Positions 21,916 through 32,812 of a stretch of 64,000 nucleotides of DNA are shown in pieces (position 1 is the stretch's first letter; each line of letters begins with the position of its first letter). The notes under the pieces are model-generated. The model was not told where the DNA came from, searched no databases, and saw nothing but the letters and a program-made list of their open reading frames with translations. Source of the stretch: Candidatus Eiseniibacteriota bacterium (GTDB taxonomy: Bacteria > Eisenbacteria > RBG-16-71-46); NCBI GenBank assembly GCA_963744995.1, contig CAVUWA010000010.1, positions 224,001 through 288,000 of the forward strand, in the 5' to 3' direction. Both the position numbers and the translations under genes were made by a program.

Positions 21916-22917
21916 TCAGCGGATCGGTGAGAATCCCGCCACCTGCCGCAGGCCCATCTGCTCGCGAACGTCGTGGATCGTCAGATCGAGGAGCGCGTCC
22001 AGCGTCACCTCGGGCCGGTAGCCGACGAACGCTTCGATCTTCGTGAGACTGGGTACGCGGCGGCGCATGTCTTCGAACGACTTTCCGTAGACCTGCTCGT
22101 AGGGCACGAACTCGATCTCCGAGCGGCTGCCGCAGCGCTGGCGGATCCGCTCGGCGAGGCCGAGCACCGTGATCTCCTCGTCGGTGCCGATGTTGAAGAC
22201 CTCGCCGTGCGCCGACTTGTCGTCGGCGAGCAGCAGTGCGCCGCGCACGACGTCGCTGACCGCGGAGAAGCAACGCGACTGCTTTCCATCTCCGAACACC
22301 AGGATCGGTTCGTTCCTGAGCGCGCGCACGATCATGTTGGGAATCACCATGCCGTAGGCGCCGGTCTGGCGCGGCCCGCAGGTGTTGAAGCAACGCACGA
22401 TCACCACCGGCACCTGGCGCTGCTGCCAGTAGGCCTGGGCCAGGCACTCGTCGACGGTCTTGCCGCACGCATACGACCAGCGCAGCTTGTGCGTCGGACC
22501 GAGCACGCGGTCGTCGTCCTCCTTGAACGGCACGGCGACGCCCTTGCCGTACACCTCACTGCTGGAGAACAGCATCACCTCGCGCTCGTGCTGATCGGCG
22601 GCTTCGAGCACGACTTCCGTGCCGCGGATGTTGGTGATCAGCGAGCGCAGCGGGTTTTCGAGGACGTACTTGACCCCGACCGCCGCCGCCAGATGAAAGA
22701 CCCGGTCGCATTGTGCGACCAGGCCGCTCACGAGCGGCGCATCGGTGACGCTTCCTTCGAGGAAGCGAAACCCGGGTTCCGTTTCGAAGCTTCGAAGGTT
22801 CGCGACGCGCCCCGTGGACAGATCGTCCAGCGCCCAGACTTCCTGTCCGCGCGCGAGCAGGGCCTCGGAAAGATGCGAACCAATGAAACCGGCACCTCCT
22901 GTGACCAGGTTTCTCAT
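21916..22917 (-). CDS. NAD-dependent nucleotide-sugar epimerase/dehydratase
   Basis: TGGAGFIGS, HLAAAVGV, SSSEVYG, YACGK and FNTCGPRQ motifs. Confidence 0.9.
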   Translation of the reverse strand: MRNLVTGGAGFIGSHLSEALLARGQEVWALDDLSTGRVANLRSFETEPGFRFLEGSVTDAPLVSGLVAQCDRVFHLAAAVGVKYVLENPLRSLITNIRGTEVVLEAADQHEREVMLFSSSEVYGKGVAVPFKEDDDRVLGPTHKLRWSYACGKTVDECLAQAYWQQRQVPVVIVRCFNTCGPRQTGAYGMVIPNMIVRALRNEPILVFGDGKQSRCFSAVSDVVRGALLLADDKSAHGEVFNIGTDEEITVLGLAERIRQRCGSRSEIEFVPYEQVYGKSFEDMRRRVPSLTKIEAFVGYRPEVTLDALLDLTIHDVREQMGLRQVAGFSPIR

Positions 22918-23019
22918 GGCCGTTCCTTTGTCTCAACCATCACGAGGGATCTTTCGTCCTGATGCGGGGCGAGCTGCAGCGCGGAAAGGACCGTGCGTCT
23001 AAGCACGTTTCGGTGGAAC

Positions 23020-23048
23020 AGTTTAGGGAACGTCAAACCGTGCGTCAA
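23020..23048 (-). promoter_or_regulatory. sigma70-type promoter TTGACG-N17-TAAACT
   Basis: Read directly in the divergent intergenic region. Confidence 0.6.
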
Positions 23049-23264
23049 CGACAAGCTGGCACAAATCCGGGGGAGCTGGACAGGCCCGCGGGGCTCCGCT
23101 AGCGTCGCGCCCCGCACGGGTGAAAGCGCCCGCCGGCACCGCCGGCACCCGCCGCGAGCACGCCGCGACCTCGAACCGCGGGCACCGCCCGCTCCGGAGC
23201 GACCCTGAAACCACCCCGGCCCGAACCCGCCGCGCGCGCCGCCGAGTACGCTTTCCTGCTGCTG

Positions 23265-24581
23265 GTGCTGGTGCTGCCCTGGACGATCGCCCCGATGTCG
23301 ATCGCCACGGCGATCTGTGGCGTGCTGACCGCCGTCGTCTGGGTGCAGGATCGCGGCCGCACGATCCCGCGCCCGCCGACGCTCCTGGCCGGCTTCGGCT
23401 GGTTCCTCGCACTGCTCGTCGCGGCGATCTTCGCGCTGGACCCGGCCCACAGCCTGCCGCGCATCACCAAGGGTCTCTTTCCGCTGCTGGTGCTGGTCGC
23501 CGCATTCCACGGCGAGCGGCCGGAGCTCGGCGCGCGCGCGCTCGTCGTGTGGTTCGTCTCCGCTTCGCTCGCCGCGGGCGTCGGCATCTTCGCTTTCCTC
23601 ACCGGGCCCGAGGGCCTCGCCGCGCGCGCCCGCGGTCCGGTCGGTCACTACATGACGTTCGGCGGCCAGCTGCTGCTGTTCACCTCGATCGCTGCGGGCG
23701 TGGTGATCGCCACCCGTCTCAAGGCGTGGCGCATCGGCGCCGCGCTGGCGTTTCTGATCGGCGCGGCGGCGCTCGGCATGACCTACACGCGCAGCGCGTG
23801 GCTCGGTCTCGCGACCGCGCTCGCGGTGATGGCCGGGCGGGCGCGCCCGCGCTGGCTGCCGGCGATGGCCGTGGCGCTCGCGGCGCTGGTGATCCTCGCG
23901 CCGCCCTCCTACCGCGCGCGGCTCGGCTCGGCGTTCGATCCGCATCACCCGAGCAACATCGAGCGCACCTACATGTGGACCGCGGGGGGACGCATGTTCG
24001 CCGACCACCCGCTCACCGGCGTCGGCCTCGAAGACCTGCACCCCGTCTACGAGCGCTATCGTCCACCTGAAGCGCATGAAGCCGCCGGCCACCTGCACAG
24101 CGTGCCGATCCAGATCGCGGCGACGATGGGGCTCGTGGGCCTGGTCGCGTTCGCGTGGCTCTACTTCACGCTGTTCCGCTGCGGCGCGACACGCCTCGGC
24201 GTATCGCTCGCCGCGGGCGGCGTCGGCGCCGGCATCCGGCTCGGGCTGCTCGGGGCACTGGCCGGGTTCTTCGTCGCGGGCCTGTTCGAATGGAACTTCG
24301 GCGACGAGGAGTTGCTCTACCCGCTCTACATCCTCGCCGGCCTCGCCTGGGCCGCGCGCCACTGGGACGGCGAAGTGATGCACCCGCTGTACGTCGCCGA
24401 GCCGGCGAAGGCGGCGGGCGTGGCGGCCGCGGCCGGGGTGATCGCGAAGGCGGCCGACCCGGGCGGACCGGATGCACCCGGTGCCCGTGCAGGACGCGCG
24501 GGCGAGCCGGGCGCTCCACCCGCGCGGCCGCATCCGGCCGCAGGCGCCGCGCGCTCCGCGCCCCTTTCGCCGCGCCCGTGA
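23265..24581 (+). CDS. O-antigen ligase family membrane protein (true start probably slightly upstream)
   Basis: Multiple TM segments; TYTRSAWLG, ERTYMW, HPLTGVG and HLHS motifs. Confidence 0.82.
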   Translation: MLVLPWTIAPMSIATAICGVLTAVVWVQDRGRTIPRPPTLLAGFGWFLALLVAAIFALDPAHSLPRITKGLFPLLVLVAAFHGERPELGARALVVWFVSASLAAGVGIFAFLTGPEGLAARARGPVGHYMTFGGQLLLFTSIAAGVVIATRLKAWRIGAALAFLIGAAALGMTYTRSAWLGLATALAVMAGRARPRWLPAMAVALAALVILAPPSYRARLGSAFDPHHPSNIERTYMWTAGGRMFADHPLTGVGLEDLHPVYERYRPPEAHEAAGHLHSVPIQIAATMGLVGLVAFAWLYFTLFRCGATRLGVSLAAGGVGAGIRLGLLGALAGFFVAGLFEWNFGDEELLYPLYILAGLAWAARHWDGEVMHPLYVAEPAKAAGVAAAAGVIAKAADPGGPDAPGARAGRAGEPGAPPARPHPAAGAARSAPLSPRP

Positions 24582-25746
24582 ACGTCGCCCTCGTCCATGA
24601 CTGGCTCACCGGCATGCGCGGCGGCGAGCGCGTCCTCGAGCGGCTGTGCGGCCTCTTCCCCGATGCCGACGTGTTCACGCTGTTCTGGAACCGCGGTGCG
24701 GCGAGCCCGGCGATCGAGCGCCACCGGATCCGTACCGCGTTCACGCAGCGGCTGCCGTTCGCCGCGCGCGGCTACCGCTGGTACCTGCCGCTGTTCCCCG
24801 CGGCGATCGAGCGCTTCGACCTTTCCGGTTACGACGTCGTGATCTCGAGCACGCACTGCGTCGCGGGCGGCGTGCGCGCCGCGCCCGGCGCGTTCCACGC
24901 GAGCTACGTGCACACGCCGATGCGCTACATCTGGGAGCTTGAGGACGTGTACTTCCCGCGCGGGCGCTTTCCGTGGCCGGCGTCGGCGTTCGTGCGCGCG
25001 ACCTGTGCACGCCTGCGCGACTGGGACGTGCGGTCAAGCCGCCGCCCGCACGCGCTGATGGCCAATTCGGCGTTCGTCGCCGGCCGCATCCGCCGCCACT
25101 GGGGCCGCGACGCGACGGTCGTTCATCCCCCCGTGGACCTGGCGCGCTTCGCGCCGGGAACGGGCGCGCGCGACTACGACCTGCTGGCCGGCGCGTTCGC
25201 GCCCTACAAGCGCGCCGATCTGGCGATCGAAGCCTGCCGGCGCCTCGGCCGGCGCCTGCGGGTGGTCGGCAGCGGCCAGGAGGCGGCGCGGCTGAAGGCG
25301 ATCGCCGGCCCCGGTGTGGAGTTCCTCGGCTGGGTGGGCGAAGACGCACTGGCGGAGCTCTACCGCGGCGCGCGCACGCTGCTGTTCCCGGGCGAGGAGG
25401 ACTTCGGCATCGTGCCGGTCGAGGCGATGGCGAGCGGCTGCCCGGTGATCGCGCTGGGCGCGCGGCGGCGCGCTCGAAACGGTGGGCCGCGGCGCCGCTC
25501 CCGGCGCGCTCGAACGCCTCGCGCGCGGCGCCCCCGCCGTGGTGCCGGGCGGCGTGCTGTTCGCCGAGCAGAGCGTGGAGGCGATCGCGCAGGCGCTGCG
25601 GGTCGCCGACGGCATCGCGTTCGACCCGCGCGCGCTCGCCGCGCAGGCGCGCGCCGTTTTCGCCCGAAGCCTTCGACCGGGGCTTCATGGCCGCGCTCGA
25701 GGCCGGGCGTGCGGCGCACGCCGCAACGTCGGCCGCGTCGGCCTGA
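24578..25746 (+). CDS. GT4 glycosyltransferase (WbaZ-like), apparent frameshifts near 25463 and 25650
   Basis: GTG start; VHDWLTGMRGGERVL, YVHTPMRY and EEDFGIVPVEAMASG motifs; GGALETV continues in another frame. Confidence 0.85.
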
Positions 25747-25782
25747 GGGGCAGACCGCGCCGCCTTCGCCACCTCTCGACGG

Positions 25783-26502
25783 CTACCCGTCGTAGAAGGT
25801 CTGCAGGCCCTCGGCCTGCTCGTGACGGATCCACTCGGCCCACGGCGAGGTGAAGTCGTTCGCGATCTTCCTCGCGACCACGATCGTCGTGTGGCTCGCG
25901 CCGGGCCAGAGCCGCGTGAGCGGCACCGCGGCGCCCGCGGGCAGCGGATAGAAGCCGACGCCGCGCACGCGCTCGACCTGGAGCTTGCCGCCGTGCGCGA
26001 CGAAGTCGCGGATCTCGCCGAACGTGTAGCCGCGCACGTGCGGCCCGAACGTGCGGATCGAGGTCGGCTGGCGGCCGAGCGCCATCAGTACCCGGTTGTG
26101 GAGGCTCGCGAGATTGGGCACCGAGAGGATCAGGCGCCCGCCGGGCGCGAGCACCCGGTAGATCTCGGAGATCGGCAGCCACACGTTCTTCAGGTGCTCG
26201 AAGACCTGGTTGCAGACGATCGCATCCACATGACCGTCCCGCCATGGGAAGCGGTCGTTTTCCAGGTCGGCGCGCGCGACCTCGATCCCGCGCGCCTCGG
26301 CGGCGCGCGCCTGCGTTTCGAACACCTCGATCCCGCACGCCGGGCAGCCGAGCGCCGCCGCGTAGCGCATCGTGGAAGCGCCGTCCCAGCAGCCCACGTC
26401 GAGCAGCCGGCGCGCGCTGAAGCCCTCGCCGGCGAGCCGTGCGCACTCGGCCTCGATCGTGTCGGTCACCCGCGCGAGCACGCCGGGCAGAAGTCCGCTC
26501 AT
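25783..26502 (-). CDS. class I SAM-dependent methyltransferase
   Basis: LLDVGCWDG, NQVFEHL and RVLAPGG..ILSVPN motifs; RBS AAGGAG. Confidence 0.85.
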   Translation of the reverse strand: MSGLLPGVLARVTDTIEAECARLAGEGFSARRLLDVGCWDGASTMRYAAALGCPACGIEVFETQARAAEARGIEVARADLENDRFPWRDGHVDAIVCNQVFEHLKNVWLPISEIYRVLAPGGRLILSVPNLASLHNRVLMALGRQPTSIRTFGPHVRGYTFGEIRDFVAHGGKLQVERVRGVGFYPLPAGAAVPLTRLWPGASHTTIVVARKIANDFTSPWAEWIRHEQAEGLQTFYDG

Positions 26503-26626
26503 GATGCTCCTTGTCGTGGCCGCGCGGACCGGATGCCGGCGACCGTGGATCCCGCGCAGGGCCGTCCGTTGCGCGGCCGGGCGACGGTAGCACGGGGTCG
26601 GGCTCTGCCCTACACTCCCGCGCGAA

Positions 26627-28021
26627 TTGAACCCTCCCTCGCCAACCAGCCCCGCGCCTCCGGGCCGTGAAGGTCCCGAACCGCCCGCGTCACGGGGGCT
26701 GCTCGGCCGTCTCGCGTCACACCTGAACGGGTTGCTCTCGCAGGCCGGTGAAGGCGCGACCATCCGCCGCAATACGGTGTGGCTGCTCTCGGATCGCGCC
26801 TTCCGGCTCGGCCTCGGCCTGGTGGTCAACGTCTGGCTGGTGCGCTATCTGGGCGCCGACTCGTTCGGCCTCATGAGCTTCGCGCAGAGCCTGGTGGTGA
26901 TCTTCGCGGTCTTGAGCCAGCTCGGTCTCGAGACCATCGTGGTCCGCGAGCTGGTGCGACACCCGGAGGCCGAGGGCAGGATCGTCGGCACGTCCGTCGC
27001 CCTCCGTCTCACCGGCTCGCTCGCCACCCTGGCGTGCGCCGGCGCGGCCGCCGCGATCCTCCGCCCCCACGACCCCGGAGCGTTCTGGCTGACGGTCACG
27101 TTCTCGGGGATGGCGTTCGCCCAGTCGCTCGACGTGCTGGAGTACTGGTTCCAGAGCCGCTCTCTCATTCCGCCGCTCGCGCAGGCACGCATGGCGGCGG
27201 GACTGATCGGCGCCACGGCCAAAATCGTCGCGATCCTCATGAAGGCGCCGCTCGAGGTGGTCGCGCTCGTCATCGTCGGCGAGTACACGGTGTCCTCGCT
27301 GGCGCTGCTGGTGACGTTCGTGCGGCGCCCCGAGGCGCCGCGGGTCTGGCGGGCGACGCGCGGAATGGCCCGGGAGCTGCTGCGCGAATCGTGGCCGCTC
27401 GTGCTCAACAGCGTGGCGATCGTGATTTCGGTGCGCGTGGATCAGATGCTGATCACGACCATGCGCGGGACCACCGAGAACGGCATCTACGCCGCGGCGC
27501 AGCGGCTGATGGAGGTGGTCTACTATCTGCCGGTGGCGACGATGGCGGCGGCCAATCCGATCCTCCTGCGCTGGCACCAGCAGGACCTCGCCGGCTACGA
27601 CGCGCGGCTGCAGCGGGTATTCTCCGCCCTGGCGCTCGCGGGCTTCGCCATCGCGATCGGCATCTCGCTGACCTCGAGCTGGATCGTGTCGACCCTGTTC
27701 GGTGCGGACTTCCACAGCAGCGCCGCCGTGCTCACGATTCTCGCGTGGAACGCGCCGGTGCTGTTCGTGGCCGTCGCCCAGACCAACTGGTTCATCGCCC
27801 ACGGTCGCCAGCGTGGCCTGATGACGCGCAGCCTGGTGGCCGCCGTCCTCAGCGTGACCTTCAACCTCGTGCTGATCCCGCGACTCGGCGCCCGCGGCGC
27901 CGCGATCAGCATGCTGGTCTCCCAGTTCGTCGCGCAGGTGCTGGTAAACGCCCTGCCGCGCAATACCCGGGGCCTGTTCCTGATGCAACTGCGGGCCTTC
28001 TTCCCGTTCCTGCCGCGTTGA
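26627..28021 (+). CDS. wzx: Wzx flippase
   Basis: About 12-14 TM segments; NTVWL, VRYLG...FG, RVDQMLI, GIYAAA and NLVLIPRLGARGAA motifs. Confidence 0.87.
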   Translation: MNPPSPTSPAPPGREGPEPPASRGLLGRLASHLNGLLSQAGEGATIRRNTVWLLSDRAFRLGLGLVVNVWLVRYLGADSFGLMSFAQSLVVIFAVLSQLGLETIVVRELVRHPEAEGRIVGTSVALRLTGSLATLACAGAAAAILRPHDPGAFWLTVTFSGMAFAQSLDVLEYWFQSRSLIPPLAQARMAAGLIGATAKIVAILMKAPLEVVALVIVGEYTVSSLALLVTFVRRPEAPRVWRATRGMARELLRESWPLVLNSVAIVISVRVDQMLITTMRGTTENGIYAAAQRLMEVVYYLPVATMAAANPILLRWHQQDLAGYDARLQRVFSALALAGFAIAIGISLTSSWIVSTLFGADFHSSAAVLTILAWNAPVLFVAVAQTNWFIAHGRQRGLMTRSLVAAVLSVTFNLVLIPRLGARGAAISMLVSQFVAQVLVNALPRNTRGLFLMQLRAFFPFLPR

Positions 28022-29169
28022 AGCGCCTGGCGAATCGCATCCGCTCGAGGCTGTTCGCCGGCCGGATCCGCCGCGCCGTGGCGGGCGACGGCACCGGACC
28101 GCGCGCCCTGCTGCTGTACTCGGTCGCCGCCTTCCTGCCCTGGACGGACCCCTGGCGGCACCAGAACGTCCCGCAGCAGCGCGAGCTCGCGGCGGCCCTG
28201 GCCGAACGCGGCTACACCGTCGACGTGGTCAACCACGACGAGACCCGGCAGGATCTGCTGCGCGCACCGTACGACCTGGTCGTTGACCTGCATCCGCGGG
28301 CGCAGCCCCTCTATCGCGCGCATCTTCATCCCGGTGCGCGGCACATCGCCTACATCACCGGCTCGGACCCGGCGTTCGCCAACGCCGCCGAGCTGGCGCG
28401 TCTGGCCGACCTCGAGCGCCGCCGCGGCGTGCGACTGCGTCCGCGCCGGCAGACCCCGCCGTTCGATCCCGAGGTGCTGGCGGCGTTCGACGCGGTGTTC
28501 CTGATCGGCGGCGCGGCCACGCGGGCCACCTACGCGGCGTATCCGTTGCGCATGATTCGCACACTCCCCAACAGCGGGTACGATGCCCAGCAGGCGACCG
28601 ACCCCGCCCGGCGCGATCCGCGCCGGTTTCTGTTCCTCGGCAGCAGCGGTCAGGTGCACAAGGGCCTGGACCTCCTGCTCGAGGTGTTCCGGGAGCGGCG
28701 CGATCTGGAGTTGATCGTGTGCAGCGACTTCGAACGGGAAGCTGATTTCGCCGCCGTCTACCGCGAGGAGCTCCGGCACACGCCGAACATCCGCGCCGCC
28801 GGCATGATGGACGTCGCGGGCGCGGCGTTCCGCGAGCTGCAGGCGGAGTGCGGGGCGATGATCGTGCCTTCGTGCGCCGAGGGCCAGTGCGGCACGGTGA
28901 CCATCGCACTGGGCTTCGGACTGCCGTGCGTGGTCAGTCGCGAGTGCGGCTTCGACGATCCCGAGCTCGAGACGCTCCCCGATTGCCGTATCGAAACGAT
29001 CGCACAGCAGGTCGCCCGCGGCGCCGGGCGCACTCGGACGGCGGTGCGCGAGCAGGCGGCCGCGGCGTACGCCCTGTTCGACGCCCGCTACCGCCCGCGG
29101 CATTACGCCGCCGCGGTGCGCGGGGCGCTCGACGACGCGCTCGGCGGGGCGGCGGAGCCGCCCGCGTGA
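28018..29169 (+). CDS. GT4-like glycosyltransferase
   Basis: TTG overlaps the wzx stop; FLFLGS..VHKGLDLLLE and PSCAEG motifs. Confidence 0.78.
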   Translation: MKRLANRIRSRLFAGRIRRAVAGDGTGPRALLLYSVAAFLPWTDPWRHQNVPQQRELAAALAERGYTVDVVNHDETRQDLLRAPYDLVVDLHPRAQPLYRAHLHPGARHIAYITGSDPAFANAAELARLADLERRRGVRLRPRRQTPPFDPEVLAAFDAVFLIGGAATRATYAAYPLRMIRTLPNSGYDAQQATDPARRDPRRFLFLGSSGQVHKGLDLLLEVFRERRDLELIVCSDFEREADFAAVYREELRHTPNIRAAGMMDVAGAAFRELQAECGAMIVPSCAEGQCGTVTIALGFGLPCVVSRECGFDDPELETLPDCRIETIAQQVARGAGRTRTAVREQAAAAYALFDARYRPRHYAAAVRGALDDALGGAAEPPA

Positions 29170-29960
29170 GCGCGACGATCCCCTGCCGGGTCTGCGGCGC
29201 GGAGGCCCGCCCGCTGTTCGAACGGACGCTGCTCGGCCGCATCCATGCCCGCTACCACCAGTGCCCGGTGTGCGGCTTCGTCGAGACCCAGGAGCCCGAC
29301 TGGCTGGACGAGGCGTACACCGAGGCGATCAGCGCCGCCGACACGGGCGTGCTCGCGCGCTGTCTCCACGCACGCCGGGTGCTCACGGTGTTCCTGCACC
29401 TGGCCGGCGCGGCGCACGCGCCGTGCCTCGACTGGGCGGGAGGCCACGGGGTTCTCACGCGCCTCATGCGCGACGTGGGCTTCGACTTCCGCTGGGACGA
29501 TCTGTACGCCTCCAACCTGTTCGCCCGCGGCTTCGAGTGGAACCGGAGCGAGGCGCGCCCGTTCGCGGTCACCGCCTTCGAGGTGCTCGAGCATCTGGTG
29601 CATCCCGTCGAGACGCTGCGCGAAATCGCCGCGCTCGGGCCCCGGTTCCTGATCACCAGCACGCAGCTGTACGAAGGCGACGCGCCCGCGCCGGACTGGC
29701 GCTACCTGGCGCCGGAGACCGGGCAGCACGTGGCGTTCTACCGGCGTGAGACCCTCGAACGGCTCGCGCGTGAGGCCGGGTTCGACGAGGTACGCACCAC
29801 GCCCCACCTGCAGCTGTTTGCGAAGGGCCGCGTGCCCGGGCTCGCCTGGAACCTGGCACGATGGCGCGGGGCGCCGCTCTATCCGCTGCTCAGGCGTCGG
29901 TTCGCCCCGCTCACCGAAGACGACAGCACCCTGATGCGCGCGGCAGGACGCGGGCGATGA
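29166..29960 (+). CDS. class I SAM methyltransferase with N-terminal Cys zinc ribbon
   Basis: CRVC...CPVC, LDWAGGHG, FEVLEH and GQHVAFY motifs. Confidence 0.82.
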   Translation: MSATIPCRVCGAEARPLFERTLLGRIHARYHQCPVCGFVETQEPDWLDEAYTEAISAADTGVLARCLHARRVLTVFLHLAGAAHAPCLDWAGGHGVLTRLMRDVGFDFRWDDLYASNLFARGFEWNRSEARPFAVTAFEVLEHLVHPVETLREIAALGPRFLITSTQLYEGDAPAPDWRYLAPETGQHVAFYRRETLERLAREAGFDEVRTTPHLQLFAKGRVPGLAWNLARWRGAPLYPLLRRRFAPLTEDDSTLMRAAGRGR

Positions 29961-31039
29961 AGCGCCCGCTGCTCGTCACGGGCGACATCTTCCGCATGCA
30001 GGCGCGCGGCGGCATCACGCGCTACCTGGTCGAGCTCGTGCCGCGGCTCGAGCGGGAGGTGCACGTCGTGGCCGGGGTTCACCGCTCCGCCGAGGCGCAT
30101 GCGCTCGGCGCGCGCCTCGAGAGCTCGTTCCGCATTCCCGCGTTTCGCGGCGCGATGCGGATCGCCGCGCCGCTCAACGGGCTGATCGACCGCGCGGCCC
30201 TCGCCCGCGCGCGGGAGGCCATCGTGCACGTTTCGTATTACCGCGACCCGGCCGCTTTCGCCGCCGGGCGGCCGCTGGTGGTCACCGTGCACGACTTCAC
30301 CCACGAACGGACGGGGATCGACCCGGGCGATGGACCCGAACGCTGGAAGCACGCGCTGGCCCGGCGCGCCGACGCGATCGTCTGCTATTCGGAAGCCTCG
30401 CGCGAGGACTGCGTCTCCTACCTGAAGGTGCCTGCGGACAGGGTGCACGTCGCCCCGCTCGCGAGCCGCCACTGGAGCGAAGTGGCGGCCACGCCGCCGC
30501 CGGGGCTCGATCCCGCGCGGCCCTTCCTGCTGTGGGTCGGTCCGCGCTACGCGTACAAGAACTTCCGCCGCACGCTCGAAGCGTGGGCGGTGTCGGCCGG
30601 GCGCGAGGGTCTCGATCTCTACTGCGTGGGCGGCGGGCCGCTGTCGGCCGGCGAGCTCGAGCCGCTCGCGGGGCGGCCGGTCGCCGGGCGCGTGATCCAG
30701 CACGATGCGAGCGACGCCGAACTGCGCTGGGCGTACGCGCATGCCCGCGGCCTGGTCTATCCGTCCCTGTGCGAGGGCTTCGGTCTGCCGATCGTCGAAG
30801 CGATGGCGCTCGGCTGCCCGGTGCTGACGTCCGACCGCTCGTCGATGCCGGAGGTCGGTGGCGAGGCCGCCTGCTACGTGGATCCGGAAGACACCGAGGC
30901 GCTCGCGGCGGGGCTGACGAAGCTCGCGCAGGACGACCTCCGGACCGAGCGCGGCGCCCGGCTGCGCGAGCAGGCCGCGCGCTTTTCCTGGACGCGCTGC
31001 GCGGCGGCGCACGAACGCGTCTACGAGGCGTTCGATTGA
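29957..31039 (+). CDS. GT4 glycosyltransferase
   Basis: GGITRY, VTVHD, YKN and PSLCEGFGLPIVEAM motifs. Confidence 0.88.
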   Translation: MKRPLLVTGDIFRMQARGGITRYLVELVPRLEREVHVVAGVHRSAEAHALGARLESSFRIPAFRGAMRIAAPLNGLIDRAALARAREAIVHVSYYRDPAAFAAGRPLVVTVHDFTHERTGIDPGDGPERWKHALARRADAIVCYSEASREDCVSYLKVPADRVHVAPLASRHWSEVAATPPPGLDPARPFLLWVGPRYAYKNFRRTLEAWAVSAGREGLDLYCVGGGPLSAGELEPLAGRPVAGRVIQHDASDAELRWAYAHARGLVYPSLCEGFGLPIVEAMALGCPVLTSDRSSMPEVGGEAACYVDPEDTEALAAGLTKLAQDDLRTERGARLREQAARFSWTRCAAAHERVYEAFD

Positions 31040-31827
31040 GCGCGCCGATCCTCAGCGTCGTCACGATCTGCCGGAACGTGCTGCCGGCGCTGCGCCGAAC
31101 GGTGGACAGCGTGCTGCCGGCGCCGCCGGGCGTCGAGTACGTGGTCGTCGACGGCGCCTCCACGGACGGCACGGCGGCGTATCTGGAGGGCCTGCGGGCA
31201 CGGGGCGTGCGCGTCCTGTCGGAGCCCGACCGCGGCATCTCGGACGCCATGAACAAGGGCGTCCGCCTCGCGAGCGGAACCTGGGTCGCGCATCTGCACG
31301 CCGACGACACCTATCTGCCCGGTGCGCTCGAACAGGTCGCCGCCCTGCTGCGCGAGGACGACGCCGACATCGTGTGCGGCGCGATCGTCAAGACGGAGCG
31401 GCGCGGCGAGGTCGTCTGCCAGAGCGATCCGTCGCTGCTCGAATGGGACATGACGATCAATCATCCGGCGACGTTCGTGCGCCGCGCCCTGTTCGAGCGG
31501 CTCGGCGGATTCGACACGGGGCTCAGGAACGCGATGGACTACGACTTCTTCCTGCGCGCCCGGCTGGGCGGGGCCCGCTTCCGGACCGTGACGCTGCCGG
31601 TCACGCGCATGACGTGGGGCGGCCAGTCCGAGCGGTCGATCTGGAAGACGCTCGAGGAGACCCATCGCGTGCGCGTCCGCCTCCTGCCGCCCGGCCTGCG
31701 CACGTCCCGCCTGCGTCTCTGGCTCCTGTACGCGAAGGGCTCGATCCGCCTCGCCCTGCAGCGGCTGGGGCTGGATGCGGTGGTGCGTTTCTACCGCCGC
31801 CGCTTCGCCCGCCCGCGCAAGTTCTGA
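31036..31827 (+). CDS. GT2 glycosyltransferase (WcaE-like)
   Basis: VVDGASTDGT, SEPDRGISDAMNKG, HADD and MDYD motifs. Confidence 0.88.
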   Translation: MSAPILSVVTICRNVLPALRRTVDSVLPAPPGVEYVVVDGASTDGTAAYLEGLRARGVRVLSEPDRGISDAMNKGVRLASGTWVAHLHADDTYLPGALEQVAALLREDDADIVCGAIVKTERRGEVVCQSDPSLLEWDMTINHPATFVRRALFERLGGFDTGLRNAMDYDFFLRARLGGARFRTVTLPVTRMTWGGQSERSIWKTLEETHRVRVRLLPPGLRTSRLRLWLLYAKGSIRLALQRLGLDAVVRFYRRRFARPRKF

Positions 31828-32058
31828 ACCGCCTCGGGCCGCACGTCTCCGCCGCAGGTCGCACGCCTCCGTCGCGGGCCTCGCGCCCCCGTGCGGTGCC
31901 GGAGCGCCGGGCTGCGCTGCACGGCGCCGCTCCGTGGATCGCGGCCCCCCGGCACCCCCGGCCGGGGTGGCCGTCGATCCGCCGTCCGCCGGGAAACGGA
32001 CGGCTCTCGGATCGGGCGTCGCGTGGAGGTGCCAGTGCCGCGCGCGCCCGACCGTCGA

Positions 32059-32613
32059 CTACAGGTGAATCTGCGAGTTGCCGTGCGTAACCGACTCGAT
32101 GGCGAGATCCCCGCCCCCGAACGGCAGCTCGCCGGTCTCGCAGAACCGCTCGGCCGAACCGGGCGGAGCGTTGCGGAATGCGCGCAGATTGCTGGTCATG
32201 TCGAGCGGCGCGTCGGCGCCCTGACCGTTGTCCACCACCACCCAGCCGATGTCGGTTCCGGCCTGGAACAGCGTGAACAACGCCTCGTCCACGGTGCCAC
32301 CGATGCGCGCCTCGTTCGGCGAGAGGATGTTGAGGCACGTGATGGTGCCGTGCAGGATCGCCGAACCGGCGACCATCTGCCATTCGCCCCCGACGTACGA
32401 GTCGGCGTACTTGCGGGCGTTGAAGGTGAGGCGGCGATAGAAGCCGTCAGGCGTCTGCCAGTGGGCGGCCCCGGTGACGCTCTGCACGACCATCCCATGG
32501 GTGCCGTCGTCCTGCGCGTGCGCCACGAGCGGCTGGGTGGCGAGCGCCGCGATGAGCAGCAGTCCCGTCGTTGCATGGCCGAGGTGCGGAAATCCTGGAA
32601 TCCTGGAGTGCAT
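32059..32613 (-). CDS. hypothetical secreted protein
   Basis: Signal peptide ...LLLIAALATQPLVAHA; beta-rich with two Cys; RBS GAGGGAG. Confidence 0.7.
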   Translation of the reverse strand: MHSRIPGFPHLGHATTGLLLIAALATQPLVAHAQDDGTHGMVVQSVTGAAHWQTPDGFYRRLTFNARKYADSYVGGEWQMVAGSAILHGTITCLNILSPNEARIGGTVDEALFTLFQAGTDIGWVVVDNGQGADAPLDMTSNLRAFRNAPPGSAERFCETGELPFGGGDLAIESVTHGNSQIHL

Positions 32614-32700
32614 GGGTCTCCCTCTGTTCTTCCCGGTGCGAGTGGGTGGGCCGGTCTGCAACCGGCACGTCCCCATTCTCGCGGATCGGGACATGTCTGC

Positions 32701-32736
32701 TAAAGTCCCACTTTATGCAAAGTTCATGGGCCCATT
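32701..32736. promoter_or_regulatory. candidate MocR operator: TAAAGT-ccc-ACTTTA plus ATGGGCCCAT palindromes
   Basis: AT-rich dyads in the divergent intergenic region. Confidence 0.45.
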
Positions 32737-32812
32737 CGCCCGTGGGCGCGGATCGTTCGGGCCGTTTCCCCGACGGGCCGGCGCCCATCCGGCATGACCT
32801 CGGAGAGACATC

